From positions 1 through 16,550 of the forward strand of contig NC_001733.1 in assembly GCF_000091665.1 (NCBI RefSeq): 16,550 nt of DNA. The letters run 5' to 3'. Both the position numbers and the translations under genes were made by a program. Of this stretch, positions 15,168 through 16,550 are shown piece by piece; the first letter of the stretch is position 1; every line of letters starts with the position of its first letter. The notes beneath the pieces are model-generated. The model did no database searches and was not told the DNA's origin. It saw only the letters and a list, made by a program, of their open reading frames with translations. The stretch comes from Methanocaldococcus jannaschii DSM 2661 (GTDB taxonomy: Archaea > AGJL01 > Methanococci > Methanococcales > Methanocaldococcaceae).

Positions 15168-15191
15168 CTGAACTTTGTTGATTAAGTTCAG
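15168..15191. repeat. Inverted repeat CTGAACTT-tgttgatt-AAGTTCAG
   Basis: Perfect 8-bp arms with an 8-nt loop, about 135 bp downstream of yfbU. Confidence 0.55.
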
Positions 15192-15407
15192 GATAAACAA
15201 AAAATAAAAAGAACAATGATTTTAAACTCACTATCAGTGTAGAGATTGGCATTAACTATTTATTTGTATTTATCTATCATACTGAGAGTTTTTTTATTTT
15301 CTTTTATTGCTTTATTGATTTTTCTTTGAATGATTCTAGTACTATTTTCTCATAAGGAAAAATGTTTGGTTTGTCATCTTAAATTTAAGTGATTTGATAA
15401 ATTATAA

Positions 15408-16550
15408 TTATCCCAACTTAAACTGTAAATGAACTACAATATCCTTTCCTTTTTGTTTAAGTTCTATATCTTTTATTTTTGAACAATTTCCACAGAATTC
15501 TTTTCTTAATATGTTTTTTATGTATCGGCATAAAGATTCTTTGATTATTGCATCGTTTATATCATACCAAATTGCATAATTTTTGAGTTCGAATTCAAAA
15601 TTTGGCTTTTTACTCTTCATTACCTCATATATTTCTTTAATAATATTGTCCCAGTTAGGTTTAATATATTCTTCATTTAATAAGTTTTTATCGATATATT
15701 TTTCAATATTTTCTTTCTGTGAGTCAAAACCATTTTTCTTTCGTATTATTTTATAGATTTTATACCCTCTTCCTAAAATCCTATGGTTAGTGGATTGTAT
15801 TTTTATCCATGTGTTAATTTCACGAATGGGTAGTCGTTGGTCTATTACATAGATTTTTCCATTTATCTCAATAGCTGCAGCAACATGCATAGGATGAGTT
15901 ACTAAATATAAGTTATAGTTGGGAAACAAATTCGAAAGTAAAGCAATAGTTAGTTTAGCATAATCTCTACATACTGCTTTTTTGTATTTTAGAATTTTGG
16001 ACACTTTAATATCATAACATAAAGTATCATGCAGCATAGCGATTGCTGATACAAAATTTCCATTGCATTGAAACAAATATTTTACTATCAATGTAAGTAT
16101 TAACACCCAAAGTCCTGAAATTATACTAATAATTATAAGATTTTCACTGAAAATATACAATGTGAAGATACTTACTAACAACAACATGCTAATGTTGTTT
16201 AAGTATTGTGAATATTTTGATGGCAATGATATTAATACTAAGAGAGCCACTACTGCAGATATTACCCATAGTATCAATACCATAATATCATTGATTATAA
16301 TCTCAAAACCTATTATCAATAACAATACCATAAATAACAATACCACACCATATAACATAGCCGCAATAACATAATAAATTAAAGAATCTGCCGCTCTTTC
16401 CATCCAATATCTAATATTAGTTTCTTGCCATTCCAAAATATTATTTAAAGTTTCAACAATTGAATTTTCCCATAACTGTTCAGACAGTTTTTTTATTTCG
16501 TTACTATAAATTTCTTTTAGAGAAGGAATACTTAAAAAGTGTGACAACTT
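15408..16550 (-). CDS. Multi-pass membrane protein with a C-terminal transglutaminase-like (Cys-His-Asp) core domain; the ORF continues across the window junction to an ATG at 57
   Basis: Triad context KKAVCRDYAKLTIALL (Cys), THPMHVAAAIEINGKIYVIDQ (His, Asp). At least four hydrophobic helices lie upstream. The track's M at 16547 is a TTG, and 16548-16550 is an in-frame AAG. Confidence 0.8.
   Translation of the reverse strand, partial: KLSHFLSIPSLKEIYSNEIKKLSEQLWENSIVETLNNILEWQETNIRYWMERAADSLIYYVIAAMLYGVVLLFMVLLLIIGFEIIINDIMVLILWVISAVVALLVLISLPSKYSQYLNNISMLLLVSIFTLYIFSENLIIISIISGLWVLILTLIVKYLFQCNGNFVSAIAMLHDTLCYDIKVSKILKYKKAVCRDYAKLTIALLSNLFPNYNLYLVTHPMHVAAAIEINGKIYVIDQRLPIREINTWIKIQSTNHRILGRGYKIYKIIRKKNGFDSQKENIEKYIDKNLLNEEYIKPNWDNIIKEIYEVMKSKKPNFEFELKNYAIWYDINDAIIKESLCRYIKNILRKEFCGNCSKIKDIELKQKGKDIVVHLQFKLG

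Noticed and set aside
15034-15407. Possible structured ncRNA in the 370-bp gap between yfbU and the TGase-like gene
   Set aside because: Apart from one 8-bp hairpin (15168-15191), the region is very AT-rich with no G/C-rich helices. A stable RNA in a hyperthermophile would be expected to have such helices.
1-16550. Integrated element, provirus or transposon interpretation
   Set aside because: No integrase, transposase, capsid or terminase-like ORFs, no terminal inverted repeats and no tRNA fragment (att-like) were seen. The ends join into an ORF, which is consistent with a free circular plasmid.

Overview
AT-rich window with Lys/Ile/Asn/Glu-rich proteins and GGTGA-type ribosome-binding sites, typical of a hyperthermophilic methanogen (Methanocaldococcus-like). 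Its length, 16,550 bp, equals the size published for the small extrachromosomal element of M. jannaschii. A minus-strand ORF reads without interruption across the end-to-start junction, so I treat the window as one complete circular plasmid (inference; needs an alignment). No rRNA, tRNA, CRISPR array, integrase or transposase was seen. Nearly all genes are on the minus strand, in two long co-directional blocks. Block 1 (12635 to 6823) is a replication module: a stand-alone paralog of the helicase N-terminus, a divergent MCM-like AAA+ helicase (1064 aa), an archaeo-eukaryotic primase-polymerase (441 aa), a C2H2 zinc-finger/Sm-like fusion (140 aa) and an unlisted 41-aa membrane peptide. Start and stop codons overlap within this block. 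Block 2 (5295 to 119, continuing over the junction to 15408) holds a split ASCH/PUA-like gene, a 1178-aa Eco57I/PglX-like type IIG restriction-modification fusion, a tightly coupled 276-aa possible PD-(D/E)xK protein, a small acidic ORF and a membrane-anchored transglutaminase-like protein. Other genes are a frameshift-split coiled-coil/winged-helix regulator (5335-5863), a 4-TM protein (+ strand), a 2-TM protein flanked by about 40-bp direct repeats, and a clear YfbU/UPF0304 homolog (+ strand). The most unusual non-coding signals are: (a) a family of CG-containing double-dyad repeats (CGGAAAATATCCG-N-CGGAAAATTTYCG) at 12.7-14.1 kb; (b) a 2 x 60-bp near-perfect tandem duplication inside the helicase gene that makes a dense GGTGAAG/CTTCACC array; (c) a 24-bp perfect palindrome cluster at 6104-6158. 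All functional calls come from motif recognition by eye; no database search was possible.
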